A DNA stretch of 64,000 nucleotides, from contig CBDCVK010000010.1 of NCBI GenBank assembly GCA_965223005.1, positions 384,001 to 448,000 of the forward strand. The letters run 5' to 3'. The notes beneath the pieces were generated by a model. That model was given only the letters and a program-made list of their open reading frames with translations, searched no databases and had not been told where the DNA came from. Positions within the stretch are counted from its first letter, which is position 1; each line of letters starts with the position of its first letter. The translations under genes and the position numbers were made by a program. Below, piece by piece: positions 9,742 to 20,782 of the stretch. Source of the DNA: Terriglobia bacterium (GTDB lineage: Bacteria; Acidobacteriota; Terriglobia; JAJPHL01; JAPKYU01).

Positions 9742-11925
9742 ATGGTCGTCATTCTTTTCCTGCTGCTTCTTTTTGCAGGTTTCCTTCCGAGTGCCTCCTG
9801 GGGAAGCGACTGGCCCGACTGGCGCGGACCAGGGCGCGATGGGGTCTCCCTGGAAACATCGCTTCCCGCTCAGTGGTCACCCGCGGGCCAGAACCTGGCT
9901 TGGAAAGCGCCCTACGGCGGCCGCTCCGCACCAATCGTTCTGGGGGACCGGCTATTTTTGCAGAACTCAGTGGGCGAAGGCGAAATCCAGCAGGAGCGCG
10001 TCATGTGTTTCCATGCCGACACCGGAAAGCTGCTGTGGGAACATCGCTTCAATATTTTCTCCAGCGATGTGCCACCGCACCGGGTGGGATGGGCTTCGCC
10101 TGTCGCCGATCCTGCTTCGGGCAACGTCTATGCCCTCGGCGTGGGGGCGACGCTGCTGGCGCTCTCCCGAGACGGCCAGCTTCTCTGGGAGCGCTTTTTG
10201 TCGGAGAACTTTGGTCAAATCACCACCCACGGCGGACGCACCGTCTCGCCTGTCATTGAGGGAGATTTGGTGATCGTCAGCGGCGTCACCTCGGGCTGGG
10301 GAAAACAGGCGCGCGGACGCCACCGGTTCATAGCGTTTGACAAGAAGACCGGCGAAACGGTCTGGGTGAGCGCTCCGGGCGGGCGGCCCTATGACACCAC
10401 CTACTCGACTCCCATTTCCGCCGTGATCAAAGGGACTCGTTTGCTGATCGCCGGCGGCGGTGACGGCGCGGTCCACGCTCTGAAGCCGCAGACCGGCGAA
10501 CCCGTGTGGAAATTCGCCATGAGCAAGCGGGGCATCAACACCGGCGTCGTCCTCAAGGGTGCGACGGCGATTGTCAGTCACAGTGAGGAGAACCTGGCCT
10601 CCAGCGAGATGGGTCTGATTGCCGCCATTGACGCGTCCGCAACAGGAAATCTAGGAAAGCAGCATGTGAAGTGGGGAGTCCACGGTTTTCTCGCCGGCTT
10701 TTCGTCTCCTGTCGTCGACGACGGTCGCGTTTACCAGATCGACAACAGCGCCAATCTGTACGCTTTCGAGATCGCCTCGGGCAAGAAACTCTGGACTCTG
10801 AATCTTGGGACAATCCAGAGGGCCTCCCCAGTCTTGGCCGATGGCAAGCTGTATGTCGGCACCCAAAACGGCAGGTTCTATATTCTGCGGCCCGGCCCGG
10901 ACAGGTGCGAGATTCTCGACGCCGACCTGCTGGGAAACGAAGCGGCTCCCCAACCAATCATCGCCTCCGCTGCCATTTCTCGCGGTCGGGTGTACCTGGT
11001 CTCCAGCGAGGCGCTGTATTGCATAGGGAAGAAGTCCAACCAGGCTTCGCTGCGTTCCAGGATGCCCGAGGCGCCCGCCGGCCGCGGGCCGGTTGCCCAC
11101 GTACAGGTGGTGCCGACCGAAGTCGTGCTGCATCCCGAAGAAAGCGTCCGCTTTCGGGCCCGCCTGTTTGACCGGCACGGCCGCTTGATCCGGGAAGGGC
11201 AGGCCGCCTGGTCGCTCGAACAGCTTCGCGGTAAGATCCAGAACGACGGACGCTTCCTTGCCGCTTCTGATCCGGTTGCGCAGACGGGCCAGGTGAAGGC
11301 CACGGTGGAAGGACTTTCCGGAACCGCTCGGGTCCGGGTGATTCCACCTTTGCCGTGGGATGAGAATTTCCAATCTTTGGCTGTCGGTCGCCCACCTCGA
11401 CACTGGATGAGTGCCACCGGCAAGTTCGTCGTGCGCGAGGTGGATGGCAACAAGGTTCTGGTCAAGTTATCTGACAATCCCTTTCTCCGGCGCGCCCGGG
11501 TGTATATGGGGTCCTCCGGTTGGTCCAGTTACACGATTCAGGTAGATGTCCGGGCAACGGAGAAACGTCGCCAGATGGGAGATGCCGGAGTGGTCGCGCA
11601 GCGTTATTCCCTGGTGCTCTTCGGCAACCACCAGCGACTGGAGCTGCAATCCTGGCAGCCGGAAACGGCCCGCACGGTTTCTGCGGCGTTTCCGTGGAGC
11701 GGAGACGCTTGGTACCGTCTCAAGCTTCGAGTCGAGAACCTGCTAAACGGCAAGGTTCGGGCTCGGGGAAAAGCATGGCCGGCGCAGGAGGCCGAACCAG
11801 AGGCCTGGTCCGTTGAGCGAGTGGATCCCATTCCCAATCTGCAAGGGAGTCCAGGCCTTTACGCCAACGCGCCGTTTGAGATCTTTTTTGACAATCTCAA
11901 AGTCAGGCCGAACCGATTGCGATGA
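9742..11925 (+). CDS. Secreted PQQ-like (BamB-like) beta-propeller protein with extra C-terminal beta-rich domains
   Basis: Signal peptide, DWPDWRGPGRDG, repeated 'TGKxxW' and 'SSPV' blades; the C-terminal ~270 aa form additional Ig-like/lectin-like regions (inferred). Confidence 0.85.
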   Translation: MVVILFLLLLFAGFLPSASWGSDWPDWRGPGRDGVSLETSLPAQWSPAGQNLAWKAPYGGRSAPIVLGDRLFLQNSVGEGEIQQERVMCFHADTGKLLWEHRFNIFSSDVPPHRVGWASPVADPASGNVYALGVGATLLALSRDGQLLWERFLSENFGQITTHGGRTVSPVIEGDLVIVSGVTSGWGKQARGRHRFIAFDKKTGETVWVSAPGGRPYDTTYSTPISAVIKGTRLLIAGGGDGAVHALKPQTGEPVWKFAMSKRGINTGVVLKGATAIVSHSEENLASSEMGLIAAIDASATGNLGKQHVKWGVHGFLAGFSSPVVDDGRVYQIDNSANLYAFEIASGKKLWTLNLGTIQRASPVLADGKLYVGTQNGRFYILRPGPDRCEILDADLLGNEAAPQPIIASAAISRGRVYLVSSEALYCIGKKSNQASLRSRMPEAPAGRGPVAHVQVVPTEVVLHPEESVRFRARLFDRHGRLIREGQAAWSLEQLRGKIQNDGRFLAASDPVAQTGQVKATVEGLSGTARVRVIPPLPWDENFQSLAVGRPPRHWMSATGKFVVREVDGNKVLVKLSDNPFLRRARVYMGSSGWSSYTIQVDVRATEKRRQMGDAGVVAQRYSLVLFGNHQRLELQSWQPETARTVSAAFPWSGDAWYRLKLRVENLLNGKVRARGKAWPAQEAEPEAWSVERVDPIPNLQGSPGLYANAPFEIFFDNLKVRPNRLR

Positions 11926-11943
11926 GACAGCGATGAACCAATT

Positions 11944-13470
11944 ATGAAAGAGCCACGCTGCCGTACAGGATTGCTTTTTCTTGTCTTTATTCTCGCTTTT
12001 TACTCGGTAAGTCAATGGATGCCGGGGTGGGATTCGCTTGTCTCAGCTTCTGACCCGGGCGCCGGGGACTGGCCCATGTGGGGCGGAACCCCGGACCGAA
12101 ACATGGTTGCTAACGTGAAGGGGCTCCCTACGAGTTGGGATGTGGATTCCAAAAAGAACGTCAAGTGGGTGGCTGCGTTGGGTTCGCAAACCTACGGAAA
12201 CCCGGTGGTAGCCGCCGGCAAGGTGTTCGTGGGGACCAACAACGAGGGGTTGCGTGATCCCAAACAGTCGGGTGACCGTGGGGTGGTCATGGCGTTCCGC
12301 GCCTCCGATGGAGAATTTCTTTGGCAGGCAACCTCAAAGAAATTGGAGTCGGGGCGCGTTAACGACTGGCCTTATCAGGGTGTGGCGTCCTCTCCTCTAG
12401 TGGAAGGAGATCGTCTCTACTACGTCTCCAACCGCGCTGAGGTGGTTTGTCTCGACACCGAAGGCTTTCGCGATGGCGAAAATGACGGTCCGTTGCAAGA
12501 CGAAGAGTTCACCGGCGAAAAGGATGGCGACATTATTTGGAAATTCGACATGATGGAGGAAGTTGGCTCCTTCCCCCACAACCTGGCCAACTCTTCTCCC
12601 GTCCCGTTTGGTGATCTCATCTATCTGAGCACGTCCAACGGACAGGACGCGAGCCATGTAAATATTCCCTCGCCGCGCGCCCCGAGCATCATTGCGTTGA
12701 ACAAACGCACCGGCAAGCTTGTTTGGGAAGACAATTCAGTGGGCGACCGCATCTTGCACGGCCAGTGGTCCACGCCGGCCGTGGGCAACGTTGGAGGGGT
12801 AGATCAAGTGGTGATGGGCCAGGGGGACGGTTGGGTCCGTGGCTACGAGGTGCTGACGGGAAAGAAACTGTGGGAATTTGATATGAACCCCAAGGATTCC
12901 GTGTGGCCCAAGACCCGAAATTCAATTATCAGCACGCCGGTCATCTACGACAATCGTGTCTATCTCGCCAATGGCCAGGACCCCGAACATGGCGAGGGCG
13001 TCGGACACCTATACTGCATTGACGCCACCAAGCGCGGCGACATCACCGAGACCGGCCGGGTTTGGCACTACGAGAAAATCCGCAGATCCATCTCGACCGC
13101 GGCGATCCGTGACGGCCTGATCTATTATCCGGACTTCAGCGGGTTCCTTCACTGTCTGGATGCCCGAACGGGTGAGCCCTATTGGGTTCACGACACCCTG
13201 GCGGCGGTCTGGGGATCACCGTTGGTCGCCGATGGAAAGCTGTATCTGGGAGATGAAGACGGCGACGTAGTGGTTTTGCGACCTGGGAAGGAGCTCAAGG
13301 TGCTGGCCGAGATAAATCTGGGCAGCTCGGTGTACTCTACCGCTGTTCCCGCCAACGGCGCGTTGTTTATCGCCAGCCGAAGTCAACTCTTCGCCCTTGC
13401 GGAAACCAGCTCGCCTCGTGTCAGCGCAAACTTGACAGGATGGTTCGTGAGAAATTTCCTGTCCTGGTGA
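11944..13470 (+). CDS. PQQ-like beta-propeller repeat protein
   Basis: N-terminal hydrophobic segment, DWPMWGGTPDRNM, KWVAALGSQTYGNP, SSP/STP blades, acidic loop DTEGFRDGENDG. Confidence 0.87.
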   Translation: MKEPRCRTGLLFLVFILAFYSVSQWMPGWDSLVSASDPGAGDWPMWGGTPDRNMVANVKGLPTSWDVDSKKNVKWVAALGSQTYGNPVVAAGKVFVGTNNEGLRDPKQSGDRGVVMAFRASDGEFLWQATSKKLESGRVNDWPYQGVASSPLVEGDRLYYVSNRAEVVCLDTEGFRDGENDGPLQDEEFTGEKDGDIIWKFDMMEEVGSFPHNLANSSPVPFGDLIYLSTSNGQDASHVNIPSPRAPSIIALNKRTGKLVWEDNSVGDRILHGQWSTPAVGNVGGVDQVVMGQGDGWVRGYEVLTGKKLWEFDMNPKDSVWPKTRNSIISTPVIYDNRVYLANGQDPEHGEGVGHLYCIDATKRGDITETGRVWHYEKIRRSISTAAIRDGLIYYPDFSGFLHCLDARTGEPYWVHDTLAAVWGSPLVADGKLYLGDEDGDVVVLRPGKELKVLAEINLGSSVYSTAVPANGALFIASRSQLFALAETSSPRVSANLTGWFVRNFLSW

Positions 13471-13488
13471 ACCCTGGAGATCTACTAG

Positions 13489-14625
13489 GTGCGGAATTCT
13501 CTGATCATCCTGCTGGTTCTCACGTTCGTCTTGACGCTGGCGAACCGGGAGGAGCTGGATTCAGCCCCTGCAGGAAACCGCGCTGGGAACAAGGATTGGC
13601 CCCAATTTCGCGGAAATCATGAATTGACCGGGGTCCCTGGCTCCGCGCTTCCAGAGACCCTGAATCTTTTGTGGAGCCACGAAGCCGGTGGTTCCATCGA
13701 GTCTTCGGCAGCAATCGCGGACGGAGTGGTTTTTGTAGGCGCCCACTCCGGAGAACTGATTGCTCTGGATCTGCGGAATGGCAAGGTACGGTGGAAATAT
13801 GACGCGGGCGGGCCCATCGGCGAATCCTCTGCTTGTGTGCGCAATGGCTTGGTTACTGTGGGAGACCTTTCTGGAACTCTCCACGCAGTCAGTGCGAAGG
13901 ATGGCAGCCGGGTATGGACGTTTGAGACGAACGGTGAGATCAAATCGTCGCCAGTGATCATTGACGGGAAGGTCCTGGTGGGCTCCTATGATGAGCATCT
14001 TTACTGTGTTTCCGCCCGGACCGGAAAGCTGATCTGGAAGTTAAGAACGAATGGACCGGTGCATTGCACTCCGGCAGTGTCGGGCGGCCTGACCTTTGTC
14101 TCCGGATGCGATGAGGTGTTTCGCGGGGTGCGCATTGCCGACGGCAAGGAAATCTTTCAAGTCCCCTCCGGCGGATACACGGGGGCCTCGCCCGCCCTGA
14201 TGGCGCAGACCGCATTTTTTGGCACCTTTGGGAACGAAGTGCTGGCCGTCAACCTCGGCCAGCGGCGCATCGCCTGGCGGTATCAGCATCAGCAGCGACA
14301 GTTCCCGTTTTACTCCTCGGCCGCAGTGGCGGGGGACAGGGTAGTCGTCGGCGGCCGCGACAAAATGGTGCATTGCCTCAACGCAAAGACGGGAAAAGCG
14401 ATCTGGACGTTCGCCACTCGAGGGCGGGTCGAGTCTTCGCCGGCCATCGCTGGAGAGCGGGTGTATGTGGGTTCGAACGACGGGCGCTTGTATGTGCTGG
14501 ATCTGAAAACCGGGGCGAAACTGTGGGAGTTCCACGCCGGGGCGCCACTATCGGCCTCGCCGGCCATCAGCTCGGGTCGGCTAGTGATTGGCTCCCAGGA
14601 CGGCATGCTTTACTGTTTTGGCTGA
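13489..14625 (+). CDS. PQQ-like beta-propeller repeat protein (BamB-like)
   Basis: Signal peptide, DWPQFRGN, regular 'SSPAI..G.V.VGS.DG.LY.LD..TG...W' blades. Confidence 0.9.
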   Translation: MRNSLIILLVLTFVLTLANREELDSAPAGNRAGNKDWPQFRGNHELTGVPGSALPETLNLLWSHEAGGSIESSAAIADGVVFVGAHSGELIALDLRNGKVRWKYDAGGPIGESSACVRNGLVTVGDLSGTLHAVSAKDGSRVWTFETNGEIKSSPVIIDGKVLVGSYDEHLYCVSARTGKLIWKLRTNGPVHCTPAVSGGLTFVSGCDEVFRGVRIADGKEIFQVPSGGYTGASPALMAQTAFFGTFGNEVLAVNLGQRRIAWRYQHQQRQFPFYSSAAVAGDRVVVGGRDKMVHCLNAKTGKAIWTFATRGRVESSPAIAGERVYVGSNDGRLYVLDLKTGAKLWEFHAGAPLSASPAISSGRLVIGSQDGMLYCFG

Positions 14626-14649
14626 AGCCGCATGGACCCAAGGCAAGCC

Positions 14650-16008
14650 TCATTCGGGCAGCTGCTCCTGTTTAGGCTCCGGGAGCCAGAAGCTGGCGAT
14701 AAATCCAACCAAATACACCAGGAAGGCGACGGCCGCGGCGGCGTTGGCCAGTCGAGTGTAAGGCGTAAGCCCCGGCATCACATTGGCCAATTGGGTCGTG
14801 AGCAGAGCGGCTGATGTGCCAAACATCCGTCCGCCGACGTTGGCAGCAAAACTTTCCCCAGTGCCACGCAAATGAGTCGGATAGACCCGCGGTAAATAGT
14901 TTCCCCAAAAGCTGAACTGCGCCACCGTGAACAGTCCTGCCAGAAAAATGCCCCACTTCAGCAACTCCAGACTGCTCTTGGCCGGAAACAAGAACACCAG
15001 CGGAATCACCAGGAGGCCGGGAACCTGAAATATCCGCAGGAGCCTGCGGCGGGCGAGGATCCGGATGGCCAGAAACGCCAGGAAAAGGCGGCCGGAAAGC
15101 CCGCCCATTTCCTGAAACAACTGGACGGCGCTGACCGTCTGTTGCTGCTGCGTGCGGGACAGGTCGTGGACCTGCGGCAGCCCGGGGACCATTCGCGGCA
15201 CGTGCTGAATCGCGCCGAAGGCCGCTCCGTAGCTGCAGGCGACCATCAGCGCGGTCACGAGGGTGGTTTTTCGAAACGCGGGTTGGAAAAGTTCACCCAA
15301 GCTGGGACGCTTCAGCTCCCCTCTGGATTTCTTTTGTTGCCAGAGGGGCGATTCCGGCAGGAAGGGCCGGATGATGATGAGCGGAATGGCAGGAATCACT
15401 CCCGACATCAACGTATATCGCCAGGCTTCGTGACCTCCCCGGATCGATGGCAGATCGTTTGCGTACGTTACGGCCAGGTAATAAGCGCCGGTGACCATGA
15501 GGCCGCCCAATGAGGAGAACGCCTGGGTATAGCCCAGCACGGATTCGCGTTGTCTTGGGTTGGGAAACAGTTCGGCCAGCCATGCGACAGCGGCGACGAA
15601 CTCAACACATACACCGATAAAAGTTGTGCACCGAAAGAACAGCAGTGCAGGAAGCGATGTGGCGAAGCCCGACGCGAAAGCGGAAAAAGCATAGAGCAGG
15701 ATGCTCCAAACCAAAATCCGCCGGCGGCCGAAGAGGTCTGTCAAATACCCGCCCAGCAGGCCGAAGATGCCCCCGGCCACAGCCGGGACGTAAAACAGCA
15801 ATCCAACCCAATAGTTGAATTCGGCCGTTCCCGGCTGTGCCTGAACCAGTGCCATCAGGGCCGGCCGGACGATGAGGGGAAGCATCAGCAGTTCGTAAAT
15901 ATCAAAGGCGAAACCGAGACAAGCTACTCCGCAGATCATCCATTGGGTTCCGGTCAACGGGGAAGAGCTGTGGAACGGAGTTTTCTCTGTTCGGTGGTCT
16001 GGCGACAT
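14650..16008 (-). CDS. MFS transporter
   Basis: About 12 hydrophobic segments, GYLTDLFGRR (MFS motif A), PESP, YPTHLRGTG. Start placed at MSPDHR. Confidence 0.9.
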   Translation of the reverse strand: MSPDHRTEKTPFHSSSPLTGTQWMICGVACLGFAFDIYELLMLPLIVRPALMALVQAQPGTAEFNYWVGLLFYVPAVAGGIFGLLGGYLTDLFGRRRILVWSILLYAFSAFASGFATSLPALLFFRCTTFIGVCVEFVAAVAWLAELFPNPRQRESVLGYTQAFSSLGGLMVTGAYYLAVTYANDLPSIRGGHEAWRYTLMSGVIPAIPLIIIRPFLPESPLWQQKKSRGELKRPSLGELFQPAFRKTTLVTALMVACSYGAAFGAIQHVPRMVPGLPQVHDLSRTQQQQTVSAVQLFQEMGGLSGRLFLAFLAIRILARRRLLRIFQVPGLLVIPLVFLFPAKSSLELLKWGIFLAGLFTVAQFSFWGNYLPRVYPTHLRGTGESFAANVGGRMFGTSAALLTTQLANVMPGLTPYTRLANAAAAVAFLVYLVGFIASFWLPEPKQEQLPE

Positions 16009-16151
16009 ACTGACGAATTCTACTGTATCCCAAGTTAGGGACACGACAGAAAGCTTCGTTGTGCTCTTAGGGACGAGCGACCGCGGATTGTTCCGTTGCA
16101 GCGTCCATGAGCGATTGGTAAGATTCCTTGCATGACCAGCGGAGAACTCTA

Positions 16152-19100
16152 ATGGGTCCAGAGAGGGCCACACGATTTGCCTCCTCCCGAGTCTTGCGTT
16201 GGGTGCAGAGCGCCCGGCCGAGAGTGGTCCTGATCGCCTGCCTAGTCCTAGTCTCGGTTCGACTTCTGGGAGCACAAACCACTGGCACAATCGTAGGCGC
16301 GGTCCGGGACAAGACGGGCGGTGTCCTGCCGGCGGTGCGGTTGACAGCGCGGCATGTGGACACAGGCCTGACCCGCTCGACGGTCAGTCAAGCGGACGGA
16401 AGCTTTGTGTTTGCGGCAATGCCCGTCGGAGGCTATGAAATACGTGGCGAGCTGTCCGGGTTTCGGCGGTTAGTTCACAAAGGAGTGCATCTGACGGTAG
16501 GGGAGACCGCGGGGGTGAACCTGATCATGCAGATAGGGAGACTCGATCAGGAGATCACCGTGGTTGCCGAAACCTCATTGGTGAATACCCGATCTGCCGA
16601 GCTGAGCTATCTGGTCAGCGAAAACGCCATCCGAGAACTGCCGTTAAATGGAAGAAATTATACCGATCTGGCCTTACTTCAGCCAGGTGTGGTTGCTTTC
16701 CCTCATCGCGCGGGAGGCTCGATTGTTGCTCACGGTTTGGCTACCAGCATTAATGGGCGGGATCCGAGGTCCAATGTCTACCTGCTGGACGGTACGCCAC
16801 AGAATGATTTTACCAACGGGCCGGCTGGCAGCGCAGCAGGTACTGCTCTTGGGGTAGAAACCATTCGGGAATTTCGCGTTGAAGCCAACTCGTACAGCGC
16901 TGAGTTCGGTCGAAATTCCGGAGGCCAAATCAACGCCCTCACCAAATCGGGGACCAATGAGTTTCACGGGAGCCTCTACCACTTTCACCGCAACGATAAC
17001 CTGGACACAAGGAATTTCCGCGACATTTCGAAACCTGAACTCAAGCGGAATCAGTTCGGGGTGAGTCTGGGCGGTCCGCTAAGCAAAGACGGGATGTTTT
17101 TCTTCTTTGGCTACGAGGGCTTGAGGGAACGCAAGGGCCGTACCACTACTGCAATCGTTCCTGACGAGGAAGCGCACCTTGGGATCATCGATGGAGAAAA
17201 TATCGGCGTTAATGGTGCCGTCAGGCCCTATCTGGACGAGTTTCCATTGCCCAACGGAGAGAACCTGCCTGGTGGTCTTGCAGTTCATCGATTCGGTTTC
17301 AACGAACAAATCGGTCAGGATTTCCTGCAGGTGCGAGTCGATCGCAACATAGAGGCAACCGATAAATTCTTTGTCCGGTACACCTACGACGACGCCGACC
17401 AGCAGCTTCCTACAGACCTTCCCCAATTCCCCCGTGCCTTTTTATCGCGCAATCAGTTCGTGACTGCGGAGTATCAAAAGATTCTTTCACCGACAACTGT
17501 GAATACCTTTCGGGGAAGCTTTAGCCGAACTCGCATTGGGCAGGACGTCGAGGCAAATGTCCCGGCGTCGTTACAGCCCTTTGTGCCCGGGCAGGATAAA
17601 GTCGGAGAGATCAGGATCGGGGGCGTGTCGAGGTTTGGACCGCAAACTTCGGTCAATGTGTCGCTGGTTCAAAATGTGTTTGGCTTTGAATACGGTCTGA
17701 TCCACAGCCGCGGCCGGCATTTATTGAAGCTGGGTGCGCTGGCCGAACGCTATCAGGACAACATGTTCAATCCCACCTTTTCCCTGGGCATTTTCAGATT
17801 TGCTAATGTCCGGACTTTCCTGAATAACCAGCCTGCACTCTTCTTGGGGCTGGCACCCGGCGGTGCCTTGGACCGATATTGGCGTTTTACGCTATTCGGT
17901 TTTTATGCGCAAGATGACATAAGAGTCGCTCGGCGGCTGACGCTCAATCTTGGCCTTCGATATGAGTTCGCCACGCTGCCGCGCGATATCCAGGGGCGCG
18001 ACTCCACGTTGCTCCAGTTAAGCGACACCTCTCCCACAGCTGGACAGCTCTACCAAAACCCTACGTTGAGGAACCTATCGCCTCGTGTCGGATTCGCATG
18101 GGATATGTTTGGGGATGGCAAAACCTCACTGCGAAGCGGCTATGGAATGTTCTTCAACACAAATAACCAGCAGAATCTCATCATCACGGTCACGAATCCG
18201 CCAGCGACCCGACGAGTTGTTATCCCTGCACCTCTCAGACCCACATTCCCCATGCCTTCCTTTGATCGTGCGGGGGCTGACTCGATTCGTCCAATCGAAT
18301 GGGAACTCCGGAATCCGAACGTACATGTGTGGAACTTGAGCCTGCAGCGGCAGCTCGGCGAGAATACGGCCCTGACGGTCGGATATACGAGTTCCCGCGG
18401 AGTTCATCTTCTGCGGAGCGGCGATGTAAATATTGCGACTCCCGAGAGACTCGGTGACGGAACATTGTTTTTTCCGATTGGAGGACGAAGGCCCAACCCT
18501 GCCTTCTCCACGATAGAGTTGAAGCGAAGCGACGGTAATTCCTGGTATAACGCGATGATTGTAGAGGTGCGGCGGCGCTGGAGCAAGAAGTTAAGTTTTC
18601 AGTCCTCGTACACGTTCTCGCGCAACATTGACACCACGCAGGCCTCCACTTTCTTTTCGGATGCGACCAACGGAACGACCTCGGCGTTTCCTGAATTTCC
18701 AGGGCTGAATTACAACAAGGGTCTGGCGGATTTTCACGCCAAGCACAACTGGGTCACGAATTTCATCTGGAATCTTCCGTCCCCGCAGCTGGGCGGTGTA
18801 GGTCGGCTCCTGGATGAGTGGGAGCTGGCGGGAATCGTCCACATGCGCAGCGGGAACCCCCTGACTGTATTTGTTCAAGCGAACCGTTCCCGCTCGCTCT
18901 GGTCACCTTCGCTGGCACCGGGGTTGGGGTTTGACCGTCCGAGCATGGCGCCAGGGCGTACGCATGAAGATGCGGTCCTCGGCCACCCGGACGGCTATTT
19001 GGACCCCACGGCCTTTGTTCTCCAACCAGCCGGGACACTGGGCAACCTGGGCCGTGGCGCCCTGATCGGTCCGAACCTGCGTACCTTCGACCTGGCGCTG

Positions 19101-19319
19101 GTGAAGAACGTGCGGTGGACCAGGCTGGGTGAGAGCGGCAGAGTCCAGTTCCGGGCTGAGTTTTTCAATCTCTTGAACCGCGCTAACTTTGATACTCCCA
19201 GTTTGGTAGCTTTTTCTGGTGTAGGAGAAGGTGAAGATCCACTGGGCTCGTTCGGGATCATACGTGACACGGTTACGGATTCCCGACAGATTCAATTGGG
19301 ACTGCGCATTTCCTTCTAA
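16152..19319 (+). CDS. TonB-dependent receptor, Acidobacteria/Oar type, with N-terminal carboxypeptidase-regulatory-like domain
   Basis: GTIVGAVRDKTGGVLP, LPLNGRNYTDLALLQPGV, YSAEFGRNSGG, KSGTNEFHGS, C-terminal RQIQLGLRISF; GGAG RBS before ATG 16152. Confidence 0.92.
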   Translation: MGPERATRFASSRVLRWVQSARPRVVLIACLVLVSVRLLGAQTTGTIVGAVRDKTGGVLPAVRLTARHVDTGLTRSTVSQADGSFVFAAMPVGGYEIRGELSGFRRLVHKGVHLTVGETAGVNLIMQIGRLDQEITVVAETSLVNTRSAELSYLVSENAIRELPLNGRNYTDLALLQPGVVAFPHRAGGSIVAHGLATSINGRDPRSNVYLLDGTPQNDFTNGPAGSAAGTALGVETIREFRVEANSYSAEFGRNSGGQINALTKSGTNEFHGSLYHFHRNDNLDTRNFRDISKPELKRNQFGVSLGGPLSKDGMFFFFGYEGLRERKGRTTTAIVPDEEAHLGIIDGENIGVNGAVRPYLDEFPLPNGENLPGGLAVHRFGFNEQIGQDFLQVRVDRNIEATDKFFVRYTYDDADQQLPTDLPQFPRAFLSRNQFVTAEYQKILSPTTVNTFRGSFSRTRIGQDVEANVPASLQPFVPGQDKVGEIRIGGVSRFGPQTSVNVSLVQNVFGFEYGLIHSRGRHLLKLGALAERYQDNMFNPTFSLGIFRFANVRTFLNNQPALFLGLAPGGALDRYWRFTLFGFYAQDDIRVARRLTLNLGLRYEFATLPRDIQGRDSTLLQLSDTSPTAGQLYQNPTLRNLSPRVGFAWDMFGDGKTSLRSGYGMFFNTNNQQNLIITVTNPPATRRVVIPAPLRPTFPMPSFDRAGADSIRPIEWELRNPNVHVWNLSLQRQLGENTALTVGYTSSRGVHLLRSGDVNIATPERLGDGTLFFPIGGRRPNPAFSTIELKRSDGNSWYNAMIVEVRRRWSKKLSFQSSYTFSRNIDTTQASTFFSDATNGTTSAFPEFPGLNYNKGLADFHAKHNWVTNFIWNLPSPQLGGVGRLLDEWELAGIVHMRSGNPLTVFVQANRSRSLWSPSLAPGLGFDRPSMAPGRTHEDAVLGHPDGYLDPTAFVLQPAGTLGNLGRGALIGPNLRTFDLALVKNVRWTRLGESGRVQFRAEFFNLLNRANFDTPSLVAFSGVGEGEDPLGSFGIIRDTVTDSRQIQLGLRISF

Positions 19320-19353
19320 GCCCCAGCGGAAGGGTGCGGATTGACCTGGGTGG

Positions 19354-19375
19354 CCCTAGCGACTCCCTAGCGACT
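19354..19375. repeat. Exact 11-bp tandem duplication CCCTAGCGACT x2
   Basis: Seen between the two convergent stop codons. Confidence 0.75.
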
Positions 19376-20699
19376 AAGGAGCAGCGCTGCCAGAGGCGCG
19401 TCTGCCAACGCAGTAGAGATACTGGGCGGTGCGGAGGAGAATCTGGCCGTCCGAGATTGCCGGGGAACTCAGACAATACTCGTTGAAGTGGTTTTCTGCG
19501 AGAACTGCAAATTGGCGACCTGCCCGGACCACAGTAGTTAGCCCATCTTCGTTCGTCGCATAAATCTTTCCATCACCGAGTACGGGAGAGGAGCTATAGG
19601 TTCCCGGTTGGATGCGCTCCGGCCCCCACATTTTTCGGCCGGTCTTGGCATCCAGGCACCACATCAATCCGCGATCATTAACGATGTAGAAGTACTTGCC
19701 GTCGGTGATCGGAGTCGGCACATCCGGCCCCTTTTCGAAGGACCAGATTCGGTGCGAGTTGGTAATATCGCCGCGCCCACCGGCCCGAAAGGCGAGCAAA
19801 GGACGCACGCGGGTCGGCACGTAGACAATGCCCTCGGCTACGACCGGAGAAGCGACGATGCGGTACCATGGCTCGTTGTCCGGATTCAGGCCGTTGCCCC
19901 GCCATAGCTCCTTTCCAGTGGCCGGGTCGTGCCCGGTGACGCAATCGCCGCCGGAGACCACAATTTCCGTCTGATTGCCGTAGCGCAGAGGGGTCGGCGT
20001 CGAGTAGGAATCTGGGGATTCTCGAATCGCCTGCGTGGGGCGCTCCACTCTCCATATTGTCTTTCCGGTCTTTCTATCGATACGAAGCACGTAGGAAGGA
20101 TCGTCGGTCTTCATTCCGTGCAGGACCTGGATGTAAAGAGAATCCCCAAACAAGAGTGGCGAGGAGGCATACCCATGCGCCAGGCCGAAGCGGCCGTAAT
20201 CCTTCTGGATATCGCGCGCCCACAGTTGGTTGCCCGCAAAAGTAAACGCCTTGAGAATCCCGGTTCCGTTCATGACATACACGTTCTTTCCATCGGTGAC
20301 CGGGGATGGAGACGACATATTCTGCTTCCGCGTCTTGACGTTGCCGCCTCCCAGGTGTCTTTTCCAGATGGGCGCGCCCTTTCTTCTGTCCACACACCAC
20401 AGATAGAGATCGCTTCCATCTGCTACGTTGAGGAAGACGTGGTCACCCCAAATAATCGGAGTGGAGGCGCTCCAACTGGGCATCGCAAGCTTCCACGCTA
20501 TGTTTTTCTCGGTACTCCAGCGGACGGGTAGGTTCTTCTCCCCGCTCACTCCATTTAGATGCGGGCCCCGCCATTGCGGCCAATTCTCGGCGAGGACGAC
20601 GGTCGAAAAACCAAACAGGAGCAGGAAAAAAAGACTCCTATTGCGCAGTCGTTTTCTTGTGGCGGGAAATTGTCTTCCTTTTCGGCTAAACGGCTCCAT
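19374..20699 (-). CDS. Secreted PQQ-like beta-propeller repeat protein
   Basis: Signal peptide ending [41 protein letters not shown]. Start uncertain (between about 20643 and 20783). Confidence 0.88.
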   Translation of the reverse strand: MEPFSRKGRQFPATRKRLRNRSLFFLLLFGFSTVVLAENWPQWRGPHLNGVSGEKNLPVRWSTEKNIAWKLAMPSWSASTPIIWGDHVFLNVADGSDLYLWCVDRRKGAPIWKRHLGGGNVKTRKQNMSSPSPVTDGKNVYVMNGTGILKAFTFAGNQLWARDIQKDYGRFGLAHGYASSPLLFGDSLYIQVLHGMKTDDPSYVLRIDRKTGKTIWRVERPTQAIRESPDSYSTPTPLRYGNQTEIVVSGGDCVTGHDPATGKELWRGNGLNPDNEPWYRIVASPVVAEGIVYVPTRVRPLLAFRAGGRGDITNSHRIWSFEKGPDVPTPITDGKYFYIVNDRGLMWCLDAKTGRKMWGPERIQPGTYSSSPVLGDGKIYATNEDGLTTVVRAGRQFAVLAENHFNEYCLSSPAISDGQILLRTAQYLYCVGRRASGSAAP

Positions 20700-20782
20700 A
20701 AGGCCAAGCATAAAGGCCAAGCATACTTGTGCTGCCTGAGGAAAAACAAGAACTCCCAATTCGTCTCTGGGCAGGCTACTCA

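Noticed and set aside
9742-14625. Calling the propellers bamB or PQQ-dependent dehydrogenases
   Set aside because: No lipobox or bam context, no recognisable quinoprotein active-site motifs, and no pqq genes in the window.
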